Part shown: positions 39,010-53,592 of the stretch, piece by piece
How positions within the stretch are numbered: the first letter of the stretch is position 1
How the letters are laid out: every line of letters starts with the position of its first letter
DNA from: Amoebidium appalachense
Lineage: Eukaryota; Protista; Ichthyosporea
NCBI GenBank assembly: GCA_963693365.1
Contig: CAVNZM010000010.1
Span: 2,976,001-3,040,000 of the forward strand
Direction: 5' to 3'
Length of the DNA: 64,000 nucleotides
Program-made: the position numbers and the translations under genes
The notes under the pieces: generated by a model
Told to the model about the DNA's origin: nothing
The model's input: only the letters and a program-made list of their open reading frames with translations
Database searches by the model: none

Positions 39010-42000
39010 TTATGGGTAAGCAGATGCTAGCATCGATGGTAGCTCCGAAAGAAAGTTAAGGCACCGGATCACAATATCATACTGTGCAGCATTAATAAGG
39101 TGATCTAGGATAGTCATCTTAAAACGGATATATTGAGGAAGAGAGGAAGAAAAGAGAATAAAACCGCCAATAACCTCCGGTTCTAATACATTAGCTAACA
39201 GGTTGCATTTATTGCAAGATATGCAGCCGCGAGTAAACCGCCCCCCACACATATTACACATACGAGCACTGGCAGGAGACACCAGAAACCGATTACACCG
39301 CCAAGCCATAATCATCTTTGCGTTTTTACACCACACCACATTACGAATAAACGAATCTATGTATGAACGAGACTCTCTAACCGTATCCGCCATATAGGCT
39401 ACTAGTAGTTGGTGTTTTTGCGGTCCTAACACCGGAAGGGACTCAACACGTAGAGTAAAAAGATATCTATCAGCCATAGACTTGAAACTATTCATATTCA
39501 CACTATGATCTAGCCGTACCTCCGGGGGGGTCGCCAGCCATTCCACATAGCGCTCGGCAATGGGCAGAGACGATGGGGAAGGGAAGAGGTAGAGGGGCGA
39601 ATCCGGCGGGGATGCGTGTAGCCGGAAGAGCGGGTGGTCCGGGGCACAAGCGGACAGGCGGGTGATGTGCTCGTGAAATTTAAGGGCTAATTCGTGTACG
39701 TGTTGTGATGGTGGTGTGAGTGCGTAGAGAGAATCAAAAAGGCGTCTAGGGATAGGTGTGGAAAGACCAGTGAGAAACATACAACAAGTTGTGTAATGGA
39801 AATCATCTATTGATTTGAGGACATTAGTAACAGTATCAGGGGGTGCCATAGCTAGTAAGGGCAACCCGTATTCCGACAAAGGGCGAATATATGTGCGAAA
39901 TATACTAAGACGATTGTATAGGTGGACAGTATGAGAAAGAGTAGCAAGATACACATCCCGAAATAACCGAAGACACCTGCCTGCACTCTCCACCCGACGG
40001 TCGATCATCCGTTTGAAACATATGCCCCATTCGTCCACCGGAATCCCCAAATACTTGTATTCGATTGGGCGAGGGAGGGGACTGCCGAAAATACAAATGT
40101 CGTCCCATGCCGGTATCGATTTTGATAAAAGGGCACACTTTTTGACATTAATCTGCATATCGTTGCGCTGGCACCAATGTTCAACCACACGAATGTATTG
40201 CCGTAGTTCGAGAGGATCGGATGACATAAGCACAATATCGTCGGCAAAAAAGAGGGCGGGGGGAGCCTGGGATGGCAACCCCCGTCAATTTGTGCCACAG
40301 AAAGAGTGTCGGCTAAATCATCAATATACAGGTTGAAAAGAAGAGGACTTAGCAGGGACCCTTGAAGTACCCCGCGCGTGCGGGTAAACCCTGGGGATAG
40401 CCGCCCATTAACCACCGCTCGTCCGCGTGTAAACGTAAACATAGCTTCCAGTAGCCGACCCATTTGGAATGGGACACCGCGAGTGGCCAACTTGGCCCAC
40501 AGGCGAGGGAGGTCGACCGTGTCGTACGCGTTCTTAAAATCGATAAATACGAGGTGCTCGGTATCACTTTGAGTTGCATTATGTAGAGTGAGGATTTGTG
40601 CGTAACATGAGTGTCGATGCCGAAACGCCGCCTGAAGAGGGCTCAGCTGGGAAGCCTGCTTAAGGGTGGGGTTACGGGAAAAGGCCTGTAAAAGGCCACT
40701 TTCGAATAATCGGCGAAAAACGGACGTAATGGTGATAGGGCAAAATTCGTGGATGGGACCCTGTGCAACCGTTTTCTTGATGGGAAACCGTGACACTAAG
40801 GTGGCTAGCCACTCCGAGGGCACTTTACCGACATCAGAATACCAGCTAAACAACTCGCTAAGAATACATGTAAGTGGTGGCGGCGGGCCACGCTTTTCGT
40901 CTTTCTCGGGTCGGGGTGGGATGAGTACCTTAAGTAGTGCCATAGGGATGCCGTCCGGCCCGCACGCTTTGCGGGACGGGTAACGGGAGACTAACTGCCA
41001 TACCGCATCTGGGGTAAAAAGTTCCCTCAATTCAGCCCCAAACTCAGCCGGCCCCGCTGGCCACGCCGTGTGTGGTGGTGGTGGTGTGACGAAGGGTGGA
41101 ACAAAAACAGGAGGGGGCGCCTGCCCCAGGTCCGTGGCCGTACATGTCGGGTTATGTTTAAACAGGGTGCCGTAAAAGGAATCGGTTGCAGATTCCGGGT
41201 CGGATGACGGGTCGGCCGTTATTCGAATCGAATGATCGCCACGATCAATCTTCCGAATATTACCTAATAGCATGTGATACGGTAGAGGCTTACGTAAGGC
41301 AGCCTCCGCTCGAGGGCCGCGAGTGTGTGTAGTTCGTGCTTGCGGGTAAACTTGGGCACCTAAACAGGCATATTCACCTATGTCCCACAAGGTTTCTCGT
41401 ACTGTAGACCAGACGCTATCGATGAGGGTCTGGTCGGTGCGTAGTGGGGTTTGGCGTCCATCACGCACAAGCGATAATAGACTAGGTTGCACCGTCTGGA
41501 AAAAGAAGCGAGTGTCTGCTTGGCCGCGCTGGCTTTTAAGTTCGCGTACGTTAAGTCTGTAAGTGTGTTGTGGTGACGGTGTAGAAAGGCTAAGTGTAGT
41601 GCGAAAGACTATAGGTAGGTGGTCTGACGGTGGGGGGTGTAGGTTGTGGTGTATGTGTAAGGTGCAAGGACCAGAGGCTGCCCCCCAGTCCGTGCGGTGT
41701 TCTTGTACTACAGATCATGGAAGAGTAAGGCGTAAGGCTGTAACAAAAGTGTGAAAGGTTGGCGTGCGTGGGTGGTTGGGTTTAAGTAGGGCCTGTGGGT
41801 GGCCGTGTAGGGGGTGTGGGGTGGTAATTAGCGGGCTATTAAAGTCTCCTAACACTAGTGTGGGGTTATGTGGGGCGATGGTGTTAAGTTCGTGTTTAAG
41901 TGCTAGCAGTGGAAGGCTAGGTGGAAAATAAACAAAAGTGCATATATGGCCACAAACTGATGGTGAGTGTGTGTATTGTACGTGCTATAACTGAACAGTG

Positions 42001-42231
42001 GTTAACAAAGTGGGAGGCGGCGATGAACACTATGCCGGAGTGAGGCTTGTGGCCCACAGGCTGAGTAGTAGACTCGCCCACGAGCCGTCCAGACCGACGA
42101 AGTGTGGCGTGGTCTCGCCACCACGTTTCTGCGACAACAATAAACGGGAACTCCTGTTGGGATAACGAAAGAAGAAACTGTGCTTTACTTTTATTTAGAC
42201 TACGAGCATTCCAGAAAAGAAAGGAGAGCAT
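39010..42231 (-). pseudogene. LINE ORF2 (endonuclease + reverse transcriptase + C-terminal Cys motif), disrupted
   Basis: FWNARSL, VAETW, KACGPDGI, FIDFKNAYDTV, GVLQGSLLSPLLFNLYIDDL, FFADDI, YKYLG; stops and frameshifts at about 41500-41940 and 40280. Confidence 0.9.
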
Positions 42232-43072
42232 GCTTACTGCCGTGGGAGTTGGCTGGTGCGGCGGTGGGGTCGTATGGCTTGCTGAAGACCTGCACGTGCT
42301 GAGCCTCCCAGTAGGCACGCACCTCAGCTGCTGTTTTGGCCCGGCTGTCGTGTGCCGGGTAAAGTGTGGCTGCCTTGACAGCCCATGCGTGGGCGTTGGC
42401 CATTCTTGCAAGCACCCGGCGTTGCCAAGAGGCCCGGGCAGCGGCCTCTGCATCAGCACGGTTAAGTGTGGTGTTGTAGGGAGCCGTAGGATCGAAGTCT
42501 GCGAGAAAGGTGGCGTCGGTAGCACGTTGGATGATGTTTATGAGGGTATCACGGTAGCCGGCACGCACAATGAACACTGTGTAGCGACGGCCAATGAAGA
42601 GCATGTCGGGAATCATTCGGTTGAGGACACCGAGGGTGTAAAGACGGTCACGCATGGTGCTGATGTTGGCCGGCACCATGGTGAAGGCTGCAGTGGTCAA
42701 CTCGGACTCGTCGGTACCCTGAGGGGCAGGGTCAGACGCCACCCGAGGGCGGCGGGTTGGGTGCAGTGCTGACGCTGCGGCAAGGGCTGCCAAAGCCTGG
42801 GTAGCCCCGTGGGTCTGGGCCACCGACTCGGCATACGTTTTGACTTTCTCAGACACGTACACGGTCTTCAAGCGTCCACCGTAGTGCGGTACACCTTAGG
42901 ATTCGTTGTGGGTATGAACTTGGGAGACCCCGGGGGGGTGGGTAACCCATCGGGGGCTGCCTGTGCTGCAGGGGCCGGGCCCGCGTGGGCATGGCCGGTG
43001 GGGGTTGCCCGGTCAGCTTCCAGCTGCCGTAAGCGCGTCTCCATTTGCTGAACAAGGAGGTCTGTGTGGTCC
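42200..43072 (-). pseudogene. LINE ORF1, C-terminal part (N-terminus at 54622-54935)
   Basis: Coiled-coil and Pro-rich segments, frameshift at about 42870; lies directly upstream of ORF2. Confidence 0.75.
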
Positions 43073-43649
43073 TGTTTTGTTGTTTTGTACGGGTCTAAGG
43101 GAGCAGAGTGCACAGAGGTGTCATGTAAAACACGACTAACACATTAATGAGAGGGCAATCGGAGTTGTTCACGAGACATTGAAAGATTCAAACAACAACT
43201 AATTCTTTATTGTGCTCTCGGTTCCTTTTGTACTTGCGACTTATCACCTTATCACAACTAAAGAGGGAGAACCAATCGGTTCTATCAAAACCACATTCTG
43301 ACAGAGCATACGCATTCCAACTTCCGATTAAACTAAAGTTTAGAAACTCTTACTTAAATAAATTAAGTAATTATACATCTAGTCACTATTAACTCACATA
43401 TATATTTATGTTCGTCTCTATAAAGAAACTTACTTAAATACATATATTTCCTAATAGTCGACACTCTCAAAGTGAAGACACTTTGCAATAAACCGAATTC
43501 CATATATATCTATTGTCCAATCACAACACACATATATTAACAGACAGGAATGCACAACACAATCTACAGATGTACTCGCTCGCGACTATTGGCGAGCCAT
43601 CCTTTTGAGAACAAAACTAAGCCATTTTGAAATAAAGGAAAGACAACGG

Positions 43650-46600
43650 AGAACCGGAGGTAGATGCACGGGTCGGTCTTAGTACGGGTCAGGCCATGGG
43701 CAAGAAGAATGCCGTCGAGGAAGTCGTACCAAGCCTTGGAGGCTTGCTTGAGGCCGTACAGGGCTTTCTTGAGTCTCCAGACCTTGCCAAGTGTGGCCAT
43801 GGTGATGAATCCCGGGGGTTGTTTCATGTAGATGGTCTCGGTGAGTGGGCTGTTGAGAAAGGCCGTAGACACGTCGAGTTGATGGATGTCATGGCCTTCA
43901 ACAACGGCCAGAGCTAGGATAGCACGGAGAGCAGCCGGACGGATGACAGGGCTCTCGATCAACTCATAGTCAACACCGTATTGCTGACTGAAGCCTTGAG
44001 CAACACCACGGGCCTTGATCTTGGTGTCACCAGCCGAGTTGAGAGTTTTCTCGGAGACAATCCACTTGAAGCCGACGATGTTAGCACCAGGGGGAGGGTC
44101 AACAAGTTCAAAGATGTCTTTGTCGACGAAGGCTTGATACTCAGCAGTGAGGGCTGACTTGACCTGGTCACCATTGGGTCCGGAACACAGTTGACGGACA
44201 AGTTTGGGTAGTTGGTCGATGTTGATGGGGGGACCGGGGGGATTGGCAGGGTGGTGGTGGCTTGAAGTCCAACCTTGCCCTGTAGACGAGCAGAACGACG
44301 GGGTGCAGGAACCGGGGGAGGTGGAGACGGGGGGGGGGGGAACTTGGAAGTTCGGAATGGCAGGGGGGGCAACCTCCGGGCTGGACGGGGCCGAGTGGAA
44401 GTTGTCGGGGGAGCCGGGTCGGATGGGTGTGACGTTGCCAGGGGCAGGATGAGGGTCGGCAGGCTGGACGGGCACGGGGGCAGGGGGGCCGGTGGGGGGG
44501 GGTGTCGGGGGAACGACGATGGCAGGAGGGGGGCCAGAGTACACCAGACAAACATCATCTTCAGTGTCAACTTTGGGTGGTGGGGTAGTCGAGGTAGCAG
44601 TGGTGTCGGGGGGTCGGAAGTGTTGATGGAATGTCGGACGGGAGATAAGCTGATTCGTCGAAAATCACGTCACGGAAGAGGCCGACACGATGGGTGGTGG
44701 GGTTGAAGATCCGGTGGCAGTGTGATTGAAGATCATAGCCGATATACATGCCGAGTTTGACGGTGGGGGCCAGCTTGTTCCGTTTAGAGGCTGGCACATG
44801 AGTGTAGGCAGGGCAACCGAACACTTTGAGCTCGGAGATGTCGGGCTTGACACCGTAGAAAACCTCGAATGGTGTACGACCATTGGCAGTCGTGGACGGG
44901 GTGACGTTGATGATGTAGGCGGCATGTTGGAGGGCCTCAGCCCACAGTTTGGGGGACAGAGACTGATCTTGGACTTGATGGAGGAGGCAACGAACAATCT
45001 CTTGGAGGAACCGCATACGACGTTCAACATAGCCGTTCAGTTGAGGGCAGTCCACCGGAGCATAGCTGGCCTTGATGCCCTGGGAGAGGCAAAAAGCACG
45101 GGTAGCCTTGGAGGTGAACTCAGAGCCGGAGTCGAAGTGGTAGACACCAACTTTGGAGGGGGCATGGGTAGCAACGAGGTTGGTGTGAGCTGTGAGAATG
45201 TCCAGGGTGGTTGTACGGTCGGGCATCGGGTAGATCTTGACGAGGCCAGAGGCACGGCAGACAGTGACGAGAGCAACCTGGGAACCTCCGTACGATGTTG
45301 TGGTAGGCTCAAAAAAATCCCAATGCCATTCATGACCGGGGATGTTGGAGTGAGGACGGTCACCCTTGAACGGAGCCTTGGTGGTTTTACCCATAATGCA
45401 GCCATGACAATCAGGAACATCACAGTCGAGGACAGACGAGGGGAGACCAATAACAAGGTCGTGTTTCACCATGTCCTTGATGCTGGTCATAGCACGGTGC
45501 CCCAGACGATGGTGCCAGATGGATGGGTTAACACTGGTGGTGGCAGCCAGAGCCACAGGACGAGTGGGTGGTTGAATGGTGTAGTCCTTGAAGTAATACA
45601 GACCGTTGTGTAGACGGAGGTTGACGAGATGACGGCCGGTAAGTCGGTCGAAGAGGAATGACGGAGTGGAGGCATCATTCAAATCACCCTTGATGTATTC
45701 GGCAGCAGCTTGGGATGTTGAAATGAGGAAGGCTTGGCCAGACGGGGTGTAGTAGGCTTCAATGGTAAGGGTGGCAGTGCCATGGTCGGTGGTGGTGTTG
45801 ATGACGATATGGCCGGTGTGGGTGGCCAAGACGGGGGTGCCATTGAAGGCAGCAACGGGAGTCGGTGTCGGAAGGGGAGTGAGGTCATGGAAGAACTCAC
45901 GGGTGGGGCAGACAGTCATGTTGCACCCGGAATCCCAGGCAGGGTCGGAGGACACGGGGACGGAGCTAGCATTGTATGCCGAGAAAGCAAAGGAGACAGA
46001 TTTCTCATTGCCTTGACGGGAACGGTTGTGTCTGGACATCACGGCATTTCGGCTCGGGGCAATCGATGATCGTGTGATCAGGCTCGTGGCAGTAGGAGCA
46101 TGCTTTCACGGACGGGTTGTTAGAACGAGCCGGGGAATCAGAACGACGGGAACCCGAGAAACGGGAACGACTGGGGGAACGAGACGTGGACCGGAAGGCA
46201 GGCCGGTGGGGGGAACGGGATCGGGTGTGCTGACGGGAGAGACGAGTTCGGAGGTCCGTGCCAGGGGTACGGTCAAGTCGGTTGCGTAAGTCACGGCGAG
46301 GAAAATCACGGGGGGGAGCACTGGCATTTAATGCCATGCTGGACTTGGAGGCACGGTGGGCACGGTTGCTCCGGAGTTGCATCTTGAGGTCTTGACGTAA
46401 CTCGATGCCCTTGACGTGGTTGTGGAGGGACTCGAAGTCGGGGAATAGCTTATCACCGAAGTGATAGTCTTCGATAAGACGGTTGAACTCAGGGGTGAGG
46501 TCGTCTCTGGTGGTGAGTTCATTGAAGAACTTCTCAGCTAGACGAGTGAAGTGAATGGACTCATCTTGGAGGGACTGGAGCTGGTTCACGATGGTCTGCA

Positions 46601-48050
46601 GACGACTCAGGTAGGTGGTGAATGATTCACCGGGCTGAAGGGCACAGGCATCCCACTGACGGTGAAGGATGCGGATCTGATCGGGTTTGCCTTGGAGGTA
46701 GTGTTGACGGAATTTCCACATGGCCCGTTCAGGGTCCATGCCAATACGGTACTGGGCAACGGTGGTGAGCACGGAAGGGTCGATGTTCTGAATCATATGG
46801 AGCAGGAGGCAATTGCGGGCCTCCTTGAGCTCCGCGGTAGTGCCGTAGCCGTAGAAGGGGGGTTCACCGTCAACCGCGACGGTGGTAGGGGGGACGTAGT
46901 TGTCAGCAAGTACAACATCCACGAGTCGGACACCTTTAGTGCCGGTCATCATGCCGAGAAAAATGATTTCCCATTGAAAATAGGTGGTTTTGCTATCGGG
47001 ACCAGTCTTCCCTTCACCTTTCCACATGGTTATTTTGTTTACACCAGTTTTGTTTGGATCCATGATTGAAAAACGATCGCTAGTTCTAGATGTGTGTAAG
47101 GAGCGTGCAAAAGGGCTGCATAACCTGTTAAATTGTATAAGTATTTGGGATGTAAGCAGAGACACAGTGGTGCAGTGTGAAAACACCACAGACACACACA
47201 ACAACAAAACACGGAACGATCGGAGCAGTGTACACAACAGACATCAATGTTTAGACACGACTGAACTGAATTTATTCTGATCTTCGAATAAATACCTGAA
47301 ATTCCTCTAAGTCCAATCCATACATGATTTCCGACCAGTCGGAAATCAGATCTATCTCTAATAGAAACCAATCACTAATAACCAATTGCTTTCAGAGAGA
47401 TCCGGTACGCGGAGACGTACACGATAGGACACAGACACTAGTTAAGATCAACTCGTGTCATCATCAAGGAAGTTCTAACCTATGACATACTGCAAAGACT
47501 CAGACATATCACACTTAACCTTGATGATTGGTTAAAGCCCGGCAACACATGAAAACTAAAGTAAATTAATGAAGTCTAAACACACATGCTATTCTAAGTG
47601 TAGCCTAAGTGTGTTACCGTCCAATGAACACGTATTAAGTAACACAAATCTACCTAACATATATTAGTAGAAAAGAAATACGATTATGCACATGAAGACA
47701 AGGAGAGAAAGAAAAGAAAATAAGGAAGGAGAAAGAGGGAGGAAAAGAGAGCACAGATCAACAAACAAGATAGCAATAGCATAACTATAACCAGAGATAT
47801 TTATGTACACACGAACATGTACACGTCTCTCCCTGAGTGGGTGGATCCGTGTACACACATATAAATATTCTAATCGATATTACAACACACGATTAAAGCC
47901 GATACAACACGATTACAAGTATACAAGCATATCGGAGATCGATGCTACACTTTACATCATAGGAGTGTGGCATATACATTAAGCATATGAACTGAAACAT
48001 AACACAAACTGAGAAGATCTTACCATATGTAAATACTATGTATTACAACA
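43650..48050 (-). mobile_element. Ty1/copia element B nested in the 3' LTR of A, 3'-truncated
   Basis: Single LTR 47126-48050 (TG..CA) and PBS-like GGTTATGCAGCCC. Frameshifted gag-pol from ATG 47063: CSYCHEPDHTIIDC, WDSGC, WHHRLGH, FDSGSEF, PQLNGYVER, RT HQLDVSTAFLN and LYGLKQA. It ends before YVDD. Confidence 0.9.
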
Positions 48051-48224
48051 GTGAGGCTAGCCAATCACGCTACCTCTCAGATAAACAGAGGAGAGCAAAC
48101 AGAAATAAAATACAATAAGTTCTTATCAGGCAACTTGAAGAGAGCCAGGTGTGCACAGATCTACAGATATCTGTGCCCACAGAAACAAGGGAGAGAGAGA
48201 TACGGGGGGGGGGGGGGGGGAGAG

Positions 48225-48290
<66 letters not shown>

Positions 48291-49161
48291 ACAAAGAAGG
48301 AAAGCAGACACGAATAAAAACAAGCTAAGACACATACATACTTCAAGGCTCTTGCTGTCATACATGGTGACGTATTCCAACATGTGTGTGTGTGTGTGTG
48401 TGGGGTGGGGGGGGTTTGTGGGTGGGGTTGTTTTTTTCCCCACTCAAGGGGTTGAAGTTTGTGTTCTCGTGTCTGTTGATGTGACGGTAGATGAGGTCCA
48501 AACACAGGAGGGGCCGTCACACCCAAGTTTCCCCACTCGAGGATGCAAACCGAAGATCCTTGAGGTGGGAAGGAGAGAATCAAAACTGAAGAGGCACACA
48601 ACGACGGTTGCCTCTGAAGACTCGGAACAATAAATCATGGTGGTTATCGTCGATATATATATATAGAGGAAACACTAGTGTATGTATGACGTGTTGGTGG
48701 CTAATGGTTTATACTGGGGACCACCCAGGTGAGCACAAGGCATGAACATCTTGTGGACTGATTTATAGACTGGTTGTCAACCAGTTAAGACACGGGGAAG
48801 GTGCATCCCGTGGACTAGGTTTAGACTGGCAGTCAACCAGCACGTCATGGCTATAGATAATTATTTATACTGGGACGCCATCCCAGTTCGACATATATAT
48901 AAAGTCGAATATAGAAGAAAACCAATATATATGGTGGGATATGAATATAAAGAAACGACGGATGGTGGAGAACTTGAATAATCCCCACTGAAGATGCACA
49001 CATATGACGATGTAAGACTGAGTCCCCACTGATGAAGAGAAACGATGAGGAGTAGTAGACTTTCGTTGGGAGGCATCTTGATCACCGTAGGTGTGTCAAC
49101 AGTGCTGTCCAGGGCCCCAACCTACTCAGAAACCACTCGATGATGAACACCAGTGCACGGG

Positions 49162-52100
49162 TTAGTCACGGAGACTGAGGTTGGCACGGTGTGTGTCGTG
49201 GGCCGGAACAGCCAGAGGCTTGGTGAAGATGTCGGCCAGGTTCTTCTTGGTGTCGATGTAGGTGACAGTGACGTCCCCACTGTTGATGTAGTCCTTGGTG
49301 TTGAAGTAACGAACGGCAATGTGCTTGGTCCGGTGCTTGATGGTGTTGGAGTGGACCAGAGCAATGGTGGACTGATTGTCACAGTACACGGGGGTGGGCT
49401 CGGTCATGGGGTAGCCCAGCTCCTTTAGTAGATCACGGTGCCAGACAACATCTTGCACGGCAGCATCGAGGGCCAGGAGCTCGGCCTCACAGGTGGAAGT
49501 TGCAGTGATCGTCTGCAGCTTGGAGTGGTAGGTGACGGGGGAGCCTTCGAGGAGGATGACGTACCCAGACGTGGAACGACGGGTGGTGGGGCAACCAGCA
49601 AAGTCAGAATCCGAGTAGCACTCAAGGATGGGCACCTTGCTGTTGGGGGCCTTCTTCTTGTAGTAGAGGCCGAGGTTGATGGTGCCGAGCAGGTAACGAA
49701 CGACACGGAGGAGAAGCTCCCAGGCAGTCTTGGTGGGCTTGGAGCTGAATCGGCCGAGGTAGCCAATGGCATACGAGATGTCAGGCCGGGAGCACCGAGC
49801 AACCCACAGCAGACGGCCGAGGAGTTCACGGTAGGGGACGGTGGTGGGCAGGGATGAGAGGGAGGTCTCGTTGATGATGGTGCCCACGGGAATAGGGGTG
49901 GCCTTAGGCTTGGCATCGACCAGGTTGAAGTCGGTGATGATGTCCTTGATGTAGGAGGACTGCAGCAGCTTGAGGGAGTCACGGGTGTACAGCAGTTGGG
50001 TGCCGAGGAAGATGTCTGGCAGACCGACCTTGCACTCGGCAGACTTCGTGATGTGACGAACAAGCCCCTGCATGATGGTGGAGTGCCGTGTGCAGGTGAT
50101 GATGGCATCATCAACGTAGTTGCCCGAACGGATGATGTGCCCGTTGGGGAACTGACGGAAGTAGACACACGGGTCGGAACGGAGACGGGTGAGGCCGTGG
50201 GCAATGAGAATGGAGTTGAAGAACTCGTACCATGCCAGGGATGCCTGCTTGAGTCCGTAGATGGCCTTCTTGAGTTTCCAGACTTTGTGTTCATTGCCAG
50301 GGAGGATAAAACCAGGAGGTTGCTCCATGTACAAAGTCTCGTCGAGGGGGCTGTTGAGGAAGGCCGTGCTGATGTCGAGTTGATGGATCTCGTGGTCCTG
50401 TTGCACACCGAGGGCAAGCAGGGCACGGACGGAGGAGGACATGACGACGGGGGAAGAGTTTTCACCGTAGTCAACACCGTAGACTTGGGTGAAACCCTTG
50501 GCCACACCACGACCCTTGATCTTGGTGTCACCAGCAGAGTTGAGGACCTTCTCCGTGACAACTTTGAATCCACTTGAATCGGATGATGTTGGCATCGGAG
50601 GGGGGCTCAACTACGTCGAAGATGTCCTTGTCGATGAAAGCCTTGTACTCGGCAGTGAGGGCAGTCACCACTTCATCACCCTTGGTGCCTGAGCACAGCT
50701 TCTGAATTGACCGGGGCAGCTGAGACACATCAAGGCTGGGTCGGGAGATGCTCACCATAGCCATGGCAGGCCGGGAGGAGAGACGGGAGGAACGACGGGG
50801 AACGGTACGGAGGGGCTCAGGGGCCGGGGGGGTGTCTGGGACAGACACTCGGTGGTCGGGGATGGGGGCCTGGAAGCCAGGGATGGGTGCCGTGTTGAGG
50901 GGGGAGTCGGATAACACGGGGCTGGACGGGGCCGAGTGGAACTCCGGAGACCCAGGACGAACCGGGGTGAGATGACCAGGTACGTGGTCATTGACGGCAG
51001 GGGCCGGCAGCAGGGGTTGCTGGCCGGTGGGGGGGGGGGGGTGGGTGGAGCCACGGGGGCAGGTACACGACGGGGGGAACGACGGATAATCACCGACGGA
51101 ATTTCATCGTCATCGGAATTGGAATTTCCGGAATGCAGGGATGGATCGATTGAGGTCGTCTGATTGGTGGCCTGCACAGAAATCTGATTGGATGCCGTGG
51201 TGAATTGTGATTCGTCGAAGACGACATCGCGGTAGAGGTTGACCGTGTTGCCACGTAGATTCATGATCTTGTGGGCTTTGTTGGTGATATCCCAGCCCAC
51301 GTAGGTGCCGAGTTTGACGGTAGAGGCCAACTTTTCTCGTTTGGATGCAGGGACGTGTACATAGGCTGGGCAGCCGAACACGTGCAGGTGGGAGATGTCA
51401 GGCTTGACACCGTAGAAAATTTCAAACGGTGTACGGCCATTGGCAGCTCTGGCCGGGGTCACGTTGATGATGTAGGCAGCATGCTTGAGAGCAGCTCCCC
51501 ACAGCTTGGGGGAAAGGGAGTCGGCCTTGTCCTGATGAAGGAAGCACCGAACGATCTCCTGCAGATCCCTCATCTTACGTTCAACGAAGCCGTTGAGTTG
51601 GGGGCAGTCAACCGGGGCAAATTCCTGAATGATGCCCTTGGACTGGCAGTACTGCTCCATAGCGTGGGAGGTGAACTCGGACCCAGAGTCTGAACGGAAG
51701 TGGGTCACCACCTTGTCGGGTTGCTTGTCAGTAGTCTCAACCAGGGCCTTGACGTATTTGAGAGTTTCGGATCGATCACGGAGGAGGTACACGATGGTGT
51801 AGCCGGAGGCATCACAGGTACACACGAGGGCCACCTTGTAGCCACCATAGGAGGCACAGGGAGGCTCGAAGAAGTCCATGTGCCACTTGGCACCGGGGAA
51901 GGGGCACTGGGTTCTGGTGCCGGAGAATGGGGCCTTGGTGGTCTTGCCGGAGACACAACCGAAGCAGTCAGTGGTGTCAGCCACTGGGAGGGATGAGGGG
52001 AGGCCTGTCACGAGGTCACCTCTCACCATCTTGGTGAGGGTGGACAGGGCACGATGGCCGAGACGGTGATGCCAGAGCTGAGGATCATTGTTGACCTTGA

Positions 52101-53592
52101 CGTTGGCTACCAGAGCAGTGACGGTCCGAGGGATGGAGGGACGTATCTCATAGTCGGTGATGAAGTACAGTCCATCTGTGCCTGTGAGGGAACACACGAT
52201 GTTGCCACCACGAGTGTAGAGGTATGATGGGAATGCATCCTCATCATCGAGGTGGGCAAGGAGACCAGACTTGGAGGCCATTGAGGGTGAAATCAGGAAG
52301 GCTGGGGAGTCGGGTACGTAGAGGGTGTTGAGGCTCAGTACTGATGTTACTCCGTTGTAGGTGACGGCCAGGTTGATGACACCACGGTGATGTGCAGTGA
52401 CGATGCCGAGGCCGTGGACGTCAGTTGGGGGGCATGGCTCAAGAGTAGAGAAGTACTCCTTTACTGGGCACACGTGGACGTTTGAAGCCGAGTCCCAGCA
52501 GGGGTCCATGGGTAGGGAGGCCGTGGTGGACACGAGGGCAAAATGCACCTCTTTTCCAGACTTGGTGTTGGCACGGTGACGACGGGCAATTGAGCAGCCA
52601 GGTTTGTCACACTGTGTGACATGATGGTCTTCGTGACAGTAGGCACAGTCGAGGGAGCCAGTGGTCTTGACTCGGGGTGGCTGGGAATGACGGTTACCCC
52701 CTTTACGTGGGGGGTAGGGTGACCGGGAACGATAGCCGGGGGAACGGGACCGGGAGTAATCACGGTCAACTGAGGGGGATCGATCGGTGGGACGACCACG
52801 GGGTTGACGGGAGACGGAGCTGTCACGTCGGGGGATCCGGTGTCTGAGGTCGTCCTTGGTGAGTACACGGCTTTGCAGGGCACGTGCTGTTCGGACGGTG
52901 GAGGAGGACCCGGACCCAGAGTCGATGAGACCTTCACGGATCTCTGCAGCTCGGATGTCACTGATTAGACGGTTGTAGGTCTCGTAGTTGATGGTACGAC
53001 GGAAGTAGTCGGCAATCATGGCCTGGATGTCGGTACAAACTAACTTACGGTTCTTCTTGAGGTGGATGAAGAAGTTATCAACCATAGTCTTGTGAGGAAT
53101 GGGTTCTTCGAGGATGTGCAGGGTAGTGCACAGACGGCGTGCCATGGTGAGGTAGGCCGTGACGGTCTTGAAGTCCTTGAGTTCAAGCTCATGGTAGTCG
53201 AGGAGGATTTGACGAGCACGATCTTCACGTTCAGCCGCATAGGTCATACGGAGGTTGTGGAAAGCTTGGGCAGGTGAAACATCATCGTGGATTTGACCAG
53301 AGTTATACAGCTCATCATTGGAGACGAGTTGAGTAAACATCTGTTCAAGGAAGTTGGAAGCCTCGGTGTAGGCCTCCTCAGTGTCATAGCCGTGCCACTC
53401 GTTCTCGTCGGAAGGGTCGACCCACTCGGGGGCCTTGATGACGGGCACTAACTTGGCCGCGGTGGTGGTAAGTAGGTACCGGAAGATGACGGGTTCCCAC
53501 TCATAATAGGTGAGACGTTTGCCGGACTTCTTGTCCGTGGTGTCATCCCCTTTCCAGGGGGTGAGGTTGAGATACGCAGGTTTCTCCGACAT
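49162..53592 (-). pseudogene. Copia A gag-pol (gag, PR, IN, RT, RNase H) with frameshifts at about 50950 and 50575
   Basis: CAYCHEDHHVTQC, WDSAS, WHHRLGH, RSDSGSEF, NGFVER, IYGLKQA, NYVDD, YSDSDFAG, RTKHIAVRY. Confidence 0.93.

Noticed and set aside
44726-45613. 295-aa plus-strand ORF and similar antisense ORFs at 49438-51996
   Set aside because: Shadow frames of codon-biased copia pol
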